NCBI GenBank assembly: GCA_963803145.1
Contig: CAWDLW010000017.1
Span: forward strand, 193,188-257,187
Direction of reading: 5' to 3'
Length of the DNA: 64,000 nt
Origin: Methanotrichaceae archaeon
GTDB taxonomy: Archaea; Halobacteriota; Methanosarcinia; Methanotrichales; Methanotrichaceae
Both the position numbers and the translations under genes were made by a program. Positions 1 through 10,777 of the stretch are shown piece after piece. Numbering within the stretch: position 1 is the first letter of the stretch; the number at the start of each line of letters is the position of its first letter. Below the pieces are notes generated by a model. That model saw nothing but the letters and a program-made list of their open reading frames with translations. It made no database searches and was not told the origin of the DNA.

Positions 1-142
1 CCTTCTCGGAGCGATACTGATTTAGTTCTTGCCCCAAAACCTTGATCAACTTTTCTTTATTATTACTCATACGATATGCCTTCATTTCTTTACCGGATTT
101 TGAAGGATATGTGTTTTCTGGCCTAATCTCGCTTCATCCTGA

Positions 143-1360
143 TTAGTCTAAGATCCTGTCCCAAACTCCATTGCCATTTTTATCGGTCTCAATCAGCCAG
201 ACCATACTATTCTCGCCGCCTACTCCATAGGGATACTTAGAACCTGTAATTATATATCCGCCATCTCGAGTCTGCTGAACCGATTTGCCTTCATTCCATC
301 CGTCTCCGTCGAAGATCCTGTCCCAAGCTTCGCTGCCATTAATATAAGTCTTGATCAGCCAGATACCCTGACTAGCCCCGCCAGCGAGCGCCCTGCCGCC
401 TACTAAGATATACCCGCCATCTGGAGTCTGCTGAACTGATTTGCCTACAACGACGCCTGATCCGCCTAAAGTTCTGTCCCAAAGCTCGTTGCCGTTGGCA
501 TCCGTCTTTATCAGCCAAATTTCCCCGGTTGTTTGAGTATAAGGCACCTTTGAACCCGCGATGATGTATCCACCATCATCGGTCTGCTGAACCGAATAGC
601 CCTCGGTTTTGAGAGCTCCTCCGAAAGTTCTATCCCAAACCCTATTGCCATTGGCATCGGTCTTGATTAGCCAGAGAACGCTGTTTCCACCTTCGCTATA
701 GGATTTCGTAGCGCCTGTAATTATATACCCGCCATCGCTTGTCTGCTGGACCGAGTTGCCCCAATCATCTCGCGGTCCTCCAAATATCCTGTCCCAAACC
801 TTGTTGCCATTGGTATCAGTCTTGATCAGCCAGACGACTTGGCTTTGTAGCCCTGCCTCAAAAGAGTACATAGAGCCTGCGACGATATATCCACCATCGC
901 TTGTCTGCTGGACTGAGCGTGCCCAATCGGTGCGTACCCCGCCAAAGGTTTTGTTCCAAACCTCCTCGCCATTGGAATCGGTCTTGATCAACCAGGCATC
1001 CCGGTCTCCAGCGCCAAAAGACTCCGTGGACCCTGCGATAATATATCCACCGTCGCTTGTCTGCTGAACGGAGTAACCTATATCATTGCGCGATCCGCCA
1101 AATATTCTGTCCCAAACCTTGTTGCCGTTGGCATCCGTTTTTATCAGCCAGACCATCTGGCTCTGGAACTGTGGCTCAAATGAGTATTTGGTGCCGGCAA
1201 TAATGTAACCGTTATCATTGGTCTGCCGGACTGAGTAACCTGCTCCATAGCCTTGTCCACTAGATGCGTTGCTTGCTATTGGAGCATCCTCGGCAAAGGC
1301 TGACACACTTAACGCGACGAACAGCAATACAAAACAAAGATAAATTCTGCCCATGAACAT
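143..1360 (-). CDS. Secreted beta-propeller-type repeat protein
   Basis: N-terminal signal peptide; about 7 repeats of ~52 aa (SVQQTxDGGYIIxG...WLIKTDxNGNxxWDRxFGG). Confidence 0.85.
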   Translation of the reverse strand: MFMGRIYLCFVLLFVALSVSAFAEDAPIASNASSGQGYGAGYSVRQTNDNGYIIAGTKYSFEPQFQSQMVWLIKTDANGNKVWDRIFGGSRNDIGYSVQQTSDGGYIIAGSTESFGAGDRDAWLIKTDSNGEEVWNKTFGGVRTDWARSVQQTSDGGYIVAGSMYSFEAGLQSQVVWLIKTDTNGNKVWDRIFGGPRDDWGNSVQQTSDGGYIITGATKSYSEGGNSVLWLIKTDANGNRVWDRTFGGALKTEGYSVQQTDDGGYIIAGSKVPYTQTTGEIWLIKTDANGNELWDRTLGGSGVVVGKSVQQTPDGGYILVGGRALAGGASQGIWLIKTYINGSEAWDRIFDGDGWNEGKSVQQTRDGGYIITGSKYPYGVGGENSMVWLIETDKNGNGVWDRILD

Positions 1361-1876
1361 AGCCTACCATTGCATGATCTTGTGGTTATTAGTCATACGA
1401 CCGCCATCTACTGAGCTAGTCCTGTAGAGAACATAATCCAGTCATTCAATCAATGTGACTGTTGCAGCCACACGTAACATATTTTCTTCATATTTCATTG
1501 TGCTACCTCACCCATCAATATATATTGCGGAGTTCTGAGTAATAATATCCATCGCAGATCAAAGTTCTATAATCGCATCCGGGTGTGTCTGTTATCGGAT
1601 ATAATCTATTTTAATTCTTAATAAAATTCTCAATACATCATAGGCCAACACTCTTAAAAGTATCCTTGCAACAGCAGTCTCCTCGAGGAACCAAGGTGCA
1701 CTATCTCCAAACCAATTGGTCAAAGCGCCGGAAAACCTTCACAAATTGATCTACGTTTGTATATTTCATCATTGAATAACCTATCTCTAATTCTAGATCC
1801 AAACCCACCCGCGCTTATTCTCTTAGGCTAAATGATAGGTAGATCACCTTGGTCAGCGATTTTATTTTTAGACGTA

Positions 1877-1993
1877 ATACCCCGCTAGCTTGCTGCGGAT
1901 GGGATAGAGAGCATCCGTGTTCAACTTAGGTATGGATCAGTTAGCCAACTGTGGCTTAATGCGGCGGCGCACCCCACTGCAAGCAGCCGGGAT
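1877..1993. mobile_element. Non-autonomous palindromic element (REP/IS200-IS605-end-like MITE)
   Basis: Imperfect inverted, internally palindromic ends ATACCCCGCTAGCTTGCTGCGG ... CCCCACTGCAAGCAGCCGGGAT; no ORF. Confidence 0.5.
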
Positions 1994-2206
1994 AAAATGC
2001 AAGTAATCCCATTTGAGGTTTGACAGTTAACTTGTTTGCATCTTTATGCGAGGCGCAGCCATTTGATTATGGCTCTTTATAATAACTGTTGATGCCGTGT
2101 TGGGTCATAATACCTAAATAGGTAAAAACCTAAAAGCATAAAAAGGAAATATGCCAACACGTTATATTATAGAATACGTAACTAGCGGCGGCAGGGCGCT
2201 TAGAGT

Positions 2207-2947
2207 ATGAAGACGTTTATAGTCGATTCGCACAGCGAAGTTCTTCCATACTGGTTCAAGGAATACCTGGAACTGAGATCACCATTGGTCATAGTTAGAA
2301 TAGACAAGCATGACGATATGAACCACGAATGTCCTGCGCTGCCATCAAGCGAAGGGAGACAAACCTTTGAATATTTGAAAAAAATGATGCCCTACTTATC
2401 CGAGTATTCGAAAAGCGAACTAAACGAAGCTAATTTCACGTGTCCTGCATTCCATTATGGTGCCATAGGAGCTTTATACCATTTCAACCCGAATGGAAGT
2501 AAAATAGATGCGTACGGAAGGGTCAGCGGCACAAAGTTTGTAAATGTTCCAAAAACGAAGAAGGATTTCCTGCTGATTGGAAGAAAAAGAAGCAATAGAA
2601 TAATGTGGGATGATACAGTCACAAAACTGAGAATACAGTGTGGAAGGATAATCCCGGCTCCACAGGCAATAACGATAGAGGAATTCGGCAAGGATATTCG
2701 AAGGAGCTGTTTTCCTGTAGCAATCGGTTTTGACCTTGATGGCTTATATGGAATTGGTGACAAAGGTATAGCCGAAGTGATTGTAGCTAGAAAAATTGAA
2801 AAAATTAGGCATGTGTTGGAGAATATCCCATCACCCATATTCGCTTGCATTGCGCGCTCTCAGACTCCAAGGGCATATGTGCCGCCGGAAATAGTAGATA
2901 AATTGCAGGAAACGGCATTAGATCTTATTGGGAATGTCTATTCCTAA
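2207..2947 (+). CDS. UPF0489-family protein (arginase/deacetylase-like fold)
   Basis: IVDSHSEVLPYW, RIDKHDDM and FDLD motifs. Confidence 0.65.
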   Translation: MKTFIVDSHSEVLPYWFKEYLELRSPLVIVRIDKHDDMNHECPALPSSEGRQTFEYLKKMMPYLSEYSKSELNEANFTCPAFHYGAIGALYHFNPNGSKIDAYGRVSGTKFVNVPKTKKDFLLIGRKRSNRIMWDDTVTKLRIQCGRIIPAPQAITIEEFGKDIRRSCFPVAIGFDLDGLYGIGDKGIAEVIVARKIEKIRHVLENIPSPIFACIARSQTPRAYVPPEIVDKLQETALDLIGNVYS

Positions 2948-3101
2948 TATCCTCTAGAATTCATATCTTTTCCAACTTTAAGCTAGACCTCAAAATCGAC
3001 GGCATTTTATAAAACAATCCAAGCTATCTAATGACAATTGGAAGGAGATTTAAATAAAAGTTAAACATCATTGAGTGCAGAAGTAGCAGAGGAGTCAAAG
3101 G

Positions 3102-4211
3102 TTGCCTGTAGATCTCTATTCCACTGCGCTTATTGCACTTGTCGTAGTAGCGACGGGCATCGCCAGCATAAGGATAAATGTCTCATCGGCTATTCTGGAA
3201 GCAATAGCGGGAATATTGCTTGGAAATTTTTTTGGGGTAAGAATAGAGCCCTGGTTGGACTTCCTTGGGACTTTTGGGGGACTTACGCTAACGTTTCTAG
3301 CTGGGTCAGAGGTCGATTTAATATTGCTGGGGAAGAACTTAAGGCCGAGCCTAACTATAGGGGCGATGGCGTTCGTTGTACCGCTAGTTAGCGAGATGCT
3401 CTTTTTATCGCTATTCACCAACTGGTCTTATTTAGCGAAGCTGACTACAAGCTTGGCGTTAACTGCTACAGCAGTGGCCGTAGTATATACATTGCTTTTA
3501 GAGCGCGGGCTTCTAGAAACATCTATCAGTAAATTGATTCTGGCTGCAATCTTCGTTAACGATATTCTCACTTTAATAGGAATAAGTCTGATCTTGCACA
3601 CGATTAATTTGTTTACAATAGTTTTCTTCCTTGTGATAGGGATCATGATAATTGTATTGCCAAAAGTATTGGCGTACTTGGTTAGACGCTATGGGAGGCG
3701 TGCAGTTGAGCTTGAGCTCAGATTCATATTTGCAGCTATGCTCGGAGTTTCATTTCTAGCAGATGCTGGCAATATGCAAGCAGTATTTGGAGCTTTTATA
3801 CTGGGCCTGGTGTTTGCAAACAGCATCCACAGTTATGAGGATCTACTTCCGAAGCTGCGATCTGTGACTTTTTCCCTATTATCGCCAGCCTTTTTCATCA
3901 GAGCAGGTCTGCTTATTTCTCTGCCTGCAGTGATAGAAAATATAACATTGATCCTAGGTTTGCTGGGTGTTAAAATGCTGTCAAAGTTCTTGGGGACCTA
4001 TTATTTTAATAAGTTATGGATTCCAGATGCTCCCTTTTTTTCAACGATGCTTCTTTCAACGGGACTGACCGTGGGAATAATAACTGCCTCATTTGGAAGA
4101 GATATGGGATTCCTTGATCCAACTCAATTCTCTATTGCTATGATTGCTGTGATCTTAAGTGCGATAATCCCTACATTGATCGCTAAGAAATATACGCCCG
4201 CCAAGGTATGA
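3102..4211 (+). CDS. Cation:proton antiporter (CPA2/Kef type)
   Basis: About 12 hydrophobic segments; FLAGSEVD and FVNDI motifs. Confidence 0.85.
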   Translation: MPVDLYSTALIALVVVATGIASIRINVSSAILEAIAGILLGNFFGVRIEPWLDFLGTFGGLTLTFLAGSEVDLILLGKNLRPSLTIGAMAFVVPLVSEMLFLSLFTNWSYLAKLTTSLALTATAVAVVYTLLLERGLLETSISKLILAAIFVNDILTLIGISLILHTINLFTIVFFLVIGIMIIVLPKVLAYLVRRYGRRAVELELRFIFAAMLGVSFLADAGNMQAVFGAFILGLVFANSIHSYEDLLPKLRSVTFSLLSPAFFIRAGLLISLPAVIENITLILGLLGVKMLSKFLGTYYFNKLWIPDAPFFSTMLLSTGLTVGIITASFGRDMGFLDPTQFSIAMIAVILSAIIPTLIAKKYTPAKV

Positions 4212-4258
4212 AGATGAGTTTCGACAAAAAGTTAAAGTTTCCTGCCAGACTATGCTGT

Positions 4259-5458
4259 TCACAGGAAACGATACACGATCGGGCAATTAACTACTATTCC
4301 AACCGAACCAAACGGTCCTCCAGCAGGCCCGGTGATCCAGCCTTTCTGGGCCATACCTAGAATCTGGAACTCCTCGATCATCCTGGATCTGTAGCCTTTG
4401 CTGATAGACTCATTTGTCCACATGCCGAGGTTCATATCCCACAGTGGGCTATAGTCTGTGGCAACTGAGGGAATGCCGCCCAAGACGTTGAGAGGCGACT
4501 CGCCATCTACTATTGCACTATCCAGTCCCTGACGCTGCGGGTTGTCATTGCCCATCGGGCCGTTGATGAATACGAAGATCCTCTCGATCGGGCTGAAGGC
4601 GCTGTCGTCACGTCCTACAGGAATATCCTTCAGTGCTGGAGCATAGGTTGCACCTTCCAGTGTAGCCGCTAATGGATCGTTGGCATCAGTGCTGAGGTAA
4701 AGCACAGGTTTTGCAAAGCTGAAACCCTGGGTGAGTTTTAGCGTCACAGTCATATTCTTTGGATCAATGCTCACGACCTTATCTTCCACTATGCTGTAAT
4801 CTGGCTTGCCGTTCGGGAACGAAAGCTGACTCGCATCAACGTTGAAGGCTATCATCGGAGCATTGTAGATATGTTCGCCAGCATTTACTATCTTAACCAA
4901 TGGACTGTAGTCAGCGTCCCCAACCGATCCTGGCGTCGCATTCTTGGGCGGGAATGCATTGGGCGCATCTCCTGGAACTAGGTCGCGCACGGGCTTGAAG
5001 TCCACTGTGCCGCTATCGAACGTCAGTGTGGCGTTCTTCTCAAGGGTTGCTGTGCGCACGGCTTTGCCGACCGCTGCATAAGTCAGCTTTGGAGCATAAT
5101 TGAGTCCGAGAGCATCTGCGTTCCCCTTATCATCGGTATCTGTCAAGATGTACCATACCTTCCTTCCATCCTTCAATTGACCCTGATAAAGCGGTAGAGT
5201 AATCGTGCCAGCGTTCAAATCGACCATACCGGATCTTAACAGTTGATAGGAGCCGACAAGCTCGCGCTGAACTGTGGAAGGTGCAGGCCCAAAGTAAGTT
5301 AAAGGTACATCTGCGCCAATCGATGGCGGCGCAGGCACTACACTATCCGACTCGACGGCCACTCCTTGCGTCTTCTGGGCAAAGGTGGTAGTACTTAACA
5401 GCAAAACAACTGCTAGCACCAAAATGAAATAGACTTTTGTTCTCATAAGACCTACCAT
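4259..5458 (-). CDS. Exported hypothetical protein with two DYSPL(W) half-repeats
   Basis: Signal peptide; YILTD...DYSPL and YLSTD...DYSPLW duplication. Confidence 0.7.
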   Translation of the reverse strand: MVGLMRTKVYFILVLAVVLLLSTTTFAQKTQGVAVESDSVVPAPPSIGADVPLTYFGPAPSTVQRELVGSYQLLRSGMVDLNAGTITLPLYQGQLKDGRKVWYILTDTDDKGNADALGLNYAPKLTYAAVGKAVRTATLEKNATLTFDSGTVDFKPVRDLVPGDAPNAFPPKNATPGSVGDADYSPLVKIVNAGEHIYNAPMIAFNVDASQLSFPNGKPDYSIVEDKVVSIDPKNMTVTLKLTQGFSFAKPVLYLSTDANDPLAATLEGATYAPALKDIPVGRDDSAFSPIERIFVFINGPMGNDNPQRQGLDSAIVDGESPLNVLGGIPSVATDYSPLWDMNLGMWTNESISKGYRSRMIEEFQILGMAQKGWITGPAGGPFGSVGIVVNCPIVYRFL

Positions 5459-5737
5459 TTATTTTAGATATCTGTATCTGTTTATTTGCGATTCTATGCA
5501 GGAGACAGAATAATCTTTTGTCTCAATTGGATATAATAATCTTCTCAAATCCTATTTAACTGTTAGCTTTCGGCATACTCAGCATAGTCTTGCTGTAAGA
5601 AACCATGTGGGGCGGAGTGAACCGGATCGACTAATCGGCCTTCTGGATCTATATGATGCATTCGAGGGCCAATGTTTGTAAATCTGCCACCAGGGAGATA
5701 TCATGGCTTACCTTGGCGATATCAGCTATCTTATCTC

Positions 5738-6607
5738 TCAGCCAGAGATTGCGCCATATCTAATTACCAGGACAGGCCTTTCCGCTAAGTTAACAATATT
5801 GTGTATCCTGCGCCCTATCCCGTTTGTATTCGATGATGTCATGCCGTGAGAGCTCATTGCTATAAGAGAAACATCTTCTTTACCAGAAATTGCATTTATC
5901 TCCTTAGCGACATTTCCTACAGCAATATGTGGTATAACGTTAATGCCTACCTTTCGCAAACCCTCAGCCATTCCATCAAGATGCTCTTTCGCATTAGATG
6001 TTCTTGCATCTATCCTTCCATTTGCATCGCCATCAGGTATGACGTGAAGGAGCATTACCTCTCTGAGTCCCGGTATGCTTTGAATGAAGGAGACTGCAGC
6101 CTTGGACGGCTCTGAGAGGTCTGTTGGAATAAGGACCTTAGAAAATATGCGCCTGCAATAGCTCTCGAAGGTCTCCCTTTCCAGAGACCCAAGAAGCTTG
6201 TAGCGCATAATAAGAAGATTTCTGTTTCCGAAATTGAGCAATCTCCTGGATGCACTTCCCTGTATAATGCTCCTGATAGGGTTCCATCCATGGACGCCCA
6301 TTACAATAAGATCGGCATTTTCCTGATCGGCAACTTTTCCGATCATGGAGGCAATATCGCCGTCAAAGTTTATGATTGCCCTGGGCTTTACAGCGATGCC
6401 TGGAATCTTGATATGCCTTCCTTCGTTCAGCACCTTCTTTTCAGCATCCGATACAAGAGTTACAGGATCCCATATTTCAACAGCAGGATTCCTTGTAAGA
6501 ACATTCAGGAGCACAACCTCCTTTAGTCCAGGCAGACCGCCAAGACATCCTAAAACCTTTTGTGCATACCTCGAAAAATCCGTAGGAACCAAGACCTTCT
6601 TGAACAT
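5738..6607 (-). CDS. Tandem-domain universal stress protein (UspA)
   Basis: Two KVLxPTDxS domains; ADLIVMGVHG and SLIAMSSHG; start moved to MFKK. Confidence 0.9.
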   Translation of the reverse strand: MFKKVLVPTDFSRYAQKVLGCLGGLPGLKEVVLLNVLTRNPAVEIWDPVTLVSDAEKKVLNEGRHIKIPGIAVKPRAIINFDGDIASMIGKVADQENADLIVMGVHGWNPIRSIIQGSASRRLLNFGNRNLLIMRYKLLGSLERETFESYCRRIFSKVLIPTDLSEPSKAAVSFIQSIPGLREVMLLHVIPDGDANGRIDARTSNAKEHLDGMAEGLRKVGINVIPHIAVGNVAKEINAISGKEDVSLIAMSSHGMTSSNTNGIGRRIHNIVNLAERPVLVIRYGAISG

Positions 6608-6953
6608 CTTTAGTCCACCAGTATATATTAATATCATGCACATAATATTTCAAGTTGTCTACAAACCAGTAAATATTAAGGATGGAAGTTAAGAACAAAA
6701 AACCTTTATTGGCAAATTATGAAAATATAATAACTTCATGTGGCAGAAACAGCGAATATGGGACGCATCCTCATCGCATGCAACTGCCTATCTAAAATAT
6801 TCGCTCTATCTAAGTACTTGCTATATCGTAGGCTATGATTCCTAATAATGATCTGCATTGTGGCATCGGGTATGTCTTTGTTAAGCAGTGCCAGTAATAA
6901 TTCCAGTAGTTATAATGACCATCCCGGTAATACTGCAAATAAGCTATAGTGAT

Positions 6954-7916
6954 TTACTCCAGAGGGGTGCCAAAAGATTTCTCCTCTAAATTCATCACAT
7001 TCTTCCACGCAGATCTGCACCTACAATCCAGGCCGTCAAACAGACTAAGATCCTGGGTTGTGGCATGTTTCCTTATCGCCTCTGCAATGGATGCATCGCA
7101 TTTGCCGCAGTTATGCGGGCCTCGCTTTGTGCCTGCACCAACAGGGTCGCAGATGATCGGACCTTCAACGCTTTTTAGAATCTCTACAGCAGACCAGAGC
7201 CATGGAGGCCTGTACTCGCCGCGCTCCCAGAGGCGCTCGACATAAGTTCCCCGCTGTATATTGCAGAGGTTAAGCGAGAGCGTATCGGCATAAGGTCTTG
7301 CAGCCCTTGCAGAGGATACCGCGTCCTTCAGTGCCTCTCTTTCTGAGAGCAGAGGCGGCTTCAGCAATAGATATGCTTTGACCCTGCCGCCCTCTTCGTG
7401 AACAATATCCGATGCAAGGGCGAAATCATTAAAGGAAAAGCCTTTGTGAATGGTGTTATCTCGAATAAGATCGTTCGATGTTTCAAGACCTATCGCGAAC
7501 TCCGTCTCAACCTTTGAAAGACAATCCTTTACGTGCTCCGGGGTGATGTGCTCGGGCCTTGATTCTATCACCAGCCTTTCAATGCCTTTATCCCTGATTA
7601 TATCCAGGATGCGATCCCTGGCAGTCTCTGGCACCTCCCTTGGATCTAGGAAGCTTCCGCTTGTGTAGATCTTGATGATCTTGTCCTCAGGGGATAGCCT
7701 CTGCAGGGCCTGGGCGAACTGCATAAGTAAATCGTCTGCAGTAGCGGGAGCTCCTTCTGAAGCATAACCGCACATTGTGCATTTATTCCACCTGCATCCG
7801 ATAGTGCGCAATATAACCGTAAGGGAAGACACACTCTTCGCGTCCAAAAGATCCTCTGACTTCCAAATCGCCACAGGTCTCTTAGGATCAAGGTGTCTAT
7901 TGTTTTTCAAGGTCAT
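6954..7916 (-). CDS. Archaeosine-biosynthesis radical SAM protein (RaSEA, TIGR01210-like)
   Basis: LRTIGCRWNKCTMCGY, KIYTSGSFLD, ESRPE, YRPPWLWS and RGPHNCGKCD motifs. Confidence 0.85.
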   Translation of the reverse strand: MTLKNNRHLDPKRPVAIWKSEDLLDAKSVSSLTVILRTIGCRWNKCTMCGYASEGAPATADDLLMQFAQALQRLSPEDKIIKIYTSGSFLDPREVPETARDRILDIIRDKGIERLVIESRPEHITPEHVKDCLSKVETEFAIGLETSNDLIRDNTIHKGFSFNDFALASDIVHEEGGRVKAYLLLKPPLLSEREALKDAVSSARAARPYADTLSLNLCNIQRGTYVERLWERGEYRPPWLWSAVEILKSVEGPIICDPVGAGTKRGPHNCGKCDASIAEAIRKHATTQDLSLFDGLDCRCRSAWKNVMNLEEKSFGTPLE

Positions 7917-7929
7917 GATTTATCCTAAA

Positions 7930-8829
7930 TTATCCTAAATACTGTAAAGCGCTTATGCCCGCTGATGCACCTGAGCCGACTGCTGTAGTAACCTGCATCC
8001 TTCCGCCAGTGACGTCTCCTGCTGCAAAGACTCCGGGCATGCTTGTCTCTTGGTTCATTCTGTTTACTTTGATGAACCCGCCCTGAGTTATTTCAAGGCC
8101 AAGGGTAGAAGCAAGCTCGACATTGGGCTTCATGCCCATTTCAACGAAGACGCCGTCGACTTTTAGAGATCTCGGCATTCCGCCGACCACAAACTCAATA
8201 CTTCTCACCAGTTCGTCGCCAAGTATCTCCTTCATCTCAGCTCCATTGATGATGCTTAAATTGCCAAGGCTCTTCATACGTTCGAGGTAAGTCGATTCCG
8301 CGACCAATTTTTCGCGCGGCACTATAAGGTGAACTTTGCTGCTGATGTTTGCAAGATAAAGGACCGCCCTCGCAGCGCCATTGCCGTAGCCTACAACTGC
8401 TACAGTCTTGTTTCTAAAGAGGGCGCCATCGCAATGAACGCAGTAAGACACTCCTCTGCTTGTGTACTCCGTCTCACCCGGAACCCCAAGCTTTCTGTGG
8501 CTTGATCCCATAGTAAGAATCAGAGCTTTACATTCATACTGCCAGTTTTCAGTTTTTAGACGGAAGAGGTCTTCAAGGTGAACTATCTTCTCAACAATCT
8601 CTGCCTGATATTCTGCGCCGAACTTCTGCGCCTGGGCAAGCATCCTCTCAGATAACTCTATACCCTGTATGCCATCGGGAAAACCGGGATAATTCTCGTA
8701 TAGTCCTCCCATGGATTGCTGAGAACCGTAGAGGTTCCCGAGAATCAATGTCTTCCTTCCGCCTCTTGCGCAATACATGCCAGCGGTCAGCCCCGCAGGG
8801 CCTGCTCCCACAATGATGACATCATGCAA
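7930..8829 (-). CDS. trxB: Thioredoxin-disulfide reductase
   Basis: GAGPAG FAD motif, GVSYCVHCDG redox CxxC, GVFAAGD. Confidence 0.85.
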   Translation of the reverse strand: MHDVIIVGAGPAGLTAGMYCARGGRKTLILGNLYGSQQSMGGLYENYPGFPDGIQGIELSERMLAQAQKFGAEYQAEIVEKIVHLEDLFRLKTENWQYECKALILTMGSSHRKLGVPGETEYTSRGVSYCVHCDGALFRNKTVAVVGYGNGAARAVLYLANISSKVHLIVPREKLVAESTYLERMKSLGNLSIINGAEMKEILGDELVRSIEFVVGGMPRSLKVDGVFVEMGMKPNVELASTLGLEITQGGFIKVNRMNQETSMPGVFAAGDVTGGRMQVTTAVGSGASAGISALQYLG

Positions 8830-9011
8830 TCAGACTCACCATGAAATAGAGGCCCGCTCATTGTAGATAAAAGGTATGTAGATAAAAGGCATGCAGTGCA
8901 AACTGCAGTTTGCTACGGTGAATCTACATGGGCATCGCCCTAAGGCCATAATCAACCCGCAATGTTTTTAGACTAGAAGGTAATTAGTGGGGATGCTTCG
9001 CATGTAAGCTC

Positions 9012-9083
9012 GCGTCGATAGTGTAGCGGTTATCACTAGGCGTTGCCAACGCCTAAACTCGGGTTCGAATCCCGATCGACGCA
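9012..9083 (+). tRNA. tRNA-Gly(GCC)
   Basis: Acceptor stem GCGTCGA/TCGACGC; anticodon arm AGGCG-TTGCCAA-CGCCT; GGTTCGAATCC T arm. Confidence 0.95.
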
Positions 9084-9285
9084 TTTAATTACCCGTAACA
9101 AAATTTGGGTTTGGCTTAGAAAATTATATTGTAGTTATTGGTTTTCATTACATCAATGACATTGCCAACTCATATACATTTACCCTTCTTAAATAATAGA
9201 TCAATCCCCCCTATCGAATATTTTCAGCCCTTCCCCTCCTGTTCTGCCTTATTTCTCCTCTCTATCCTAGCCTATCTCATGGCCT

Positions 9286-9576
9286 TCAAGCCATTTGCAT
9301 TGTATTATGGGTATATGTGTATAGCTGGTCCATTGTGCCTTTAAATTGCTCAAGCTTTTCTTGCAGCTCTTGTCCCTTGGGTGTTGTTTTGTATATGAAC
9401 CAAGCGCCATTGGGGGTAGTCTCAATAAAACCTCTTTTTATCAGAATACCCAAATATTTGGTCGTCGTTATGGAGTTCAAATTACCCTTGTATATGATTC
9501 TGTTCTTGTTTGCGCCGTTTTTACATATTTTTAAGATATGGATTAAAACTATATCTAAATTTCTTCGGTCGGACAT
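9286..9576 (-). CDS. Archaeal winged-helix transcription regulator (HTH_45-like)
   Basis: RRNLDIV..ILKIC..GANKNRIIYKGNLN..YL..L...YKTTPKG pattern; start moved to MSDRR. Confidence 0.8.
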   Translation of the reverse strand: MSDRRNLDIVLIHILKICKNGANKNRIIYKGNLNSITTTKYLGILIKRGFIETTPNGAWFIYKTTPKGQELQEKLEQFKGTMDQLYTYTHNTMQMA

Positions 9577-9719
9577 ATTTTTTCTGCCTCTATAAAGAAT
9601 TGAAATTTCACCAATTATACGATTCAAGCTTACAGACATTAAGTACTCATGATACTTATAAATGATCTAACAAATCTATAAAAATATACGAACCTTAGTT
9701 AATTATTTATGAATCTGAC

Positions 9720-9941
9720 TTAATTACATATCAAAAGTTGGCTTCCCGGAGATAGGAAGATTGTCTTGGCTCCGGAATCTGCCGATACACCTGGAGTAGA
9801 GCCAGGCGTAACTGTAATCTGAATGCCGCCGTTTCCGTTGTAGGAAAGCATAAGGGTCACCGTTGCAGTCACACCAACAGCTGCGGTTGACGGTTTCACC
9901 TGTTGGTCGGCAGTTAGCTCGAATGCTGCAGCTTTTTGTTG
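9720..9941 (-). pseudogene. Fragment of an Ig-like/surface-protein domain
   Basis: A frame other than the listed 128-aa ORF reads AAAFELTADQQVKPSTAAVGVTATVTLMLSYNGNGGIQITVTPGSTPGVSADSGAKTIFLSPGSQ; bounded by stops, no signal peptide or plausible start. Confidence 0.5.
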
Positions 9942-10258
9942 TTACGAAATATATCTTCAATCGCAAATCAAGAATATCCCCAGGTATTTTGGCCATATGC
10001 CATATTAGCATCTCCAAGCGATCTACAATCATCCCTAGCTCTATATGGATCAAAAAGTAGTTATCCATCAAATAATTATTACTATATGGCGAAGGGATAC
10101 TTGCCTTCATGATGTTGGTCTATTCAGTTTATTTGTTCAGTAGACTTCTCATGCCCTTCGCTCCTATATTCTTATGCTGTAGTATATCCTCAAGATTCTT
10201 ATATTAAATATCTAAAAATCTATATGTCTATATGACAGAATAGTTAATATCCTCCGAA

Positions 10259-10333
10259 TGGGCTGTGGTGAATTAACACAGAGCCTCCTTGCAACAGCTT
10301 TCCCCGCGAGGTGATACTCTCGACCACAGCCCA
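10259..10333. ncRNA. Candidate structured element closed by an 11-bp stem
   Basis: TGGGCTGTGGT...ACCACAGCCCA enclosing TCCTTGCAACAGC, which also occurs at 1663-1675. Confidence 0.3.
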
Positions 10334-10584
10334 AGTATGATTGTATTTTATCGGTAATGTTAACACTAGATGGGATTACCTCTTATCTTAAACTACATAT
10401 CACATATCACTTATTGCTCTATTAAATTCAGCTTCGGTTCTTTCCTGGTCCAATCCTTACAGCTTAATGGTACTGCTGGCACATTGCTAGCTTTTGGCTA
10501 TGGGTTGTACCGGGTAAAATCCTCTGGCGCTAATAATTTTAAAATTATCAATACAGTTAAATACTTTGGGCACTCATATAAAAA

Positions 10585-10668
10585 TGACAAACCTCCTTAT
10601 CTGGAGAGCCGATATTCTCCTCCCTACTTATTTTGGCTCTCCAGACCCAAATCCCGATTAAATTTTTA
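10585..10668 (+). ncRNA. Candidate small RNA with anti-SD-like motifs (copy A; strand uncertain)
   Basis: ACCTCCTT, then stem TCTGGAGAGCC/GGCTCTCCAGA with loop CTCCTCCCTAC; upstream TTAAATA and downstream T-tract. Confidence 0.4.
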
Positions 10669-10777
10669 ATCTTACAATATCAGCATTTATTACAAAACCG
10701 ATAATCGGATCATCTCTTTACGAAAAAGCACAAAGATTTCTTCGATGTTATATATTTTTCAGATGATTTCTCAATAT

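Noticed and set aside
1-85. Possible minus-strand ORF start running off the left edge
   Set aside because: Only ~28 codons visible, with no recognisable motif
1442-1498. Short minus-strand ORF MKYEENMLRVAATVTLIE with SD-like GAGGT, upstream of the propeller gene
   Set aside because: Too short to distinguish a leader peptide from a decayed gene start or chance
8862-8891. Tandem 15-bp duplication TGTAGATAAAAGG(T/C)A upstream of trxB; similar 13-bp duplication at ~62803-62829
   Set aside because: Only two copies each; a simple slippage duplication of promoter-like DNA is sufficient
9724-10110. 128-aa Cys-rich ORF
   Set aside because: Looks like a shadow frame; another frame gives a more protein-like beta-domain fragment
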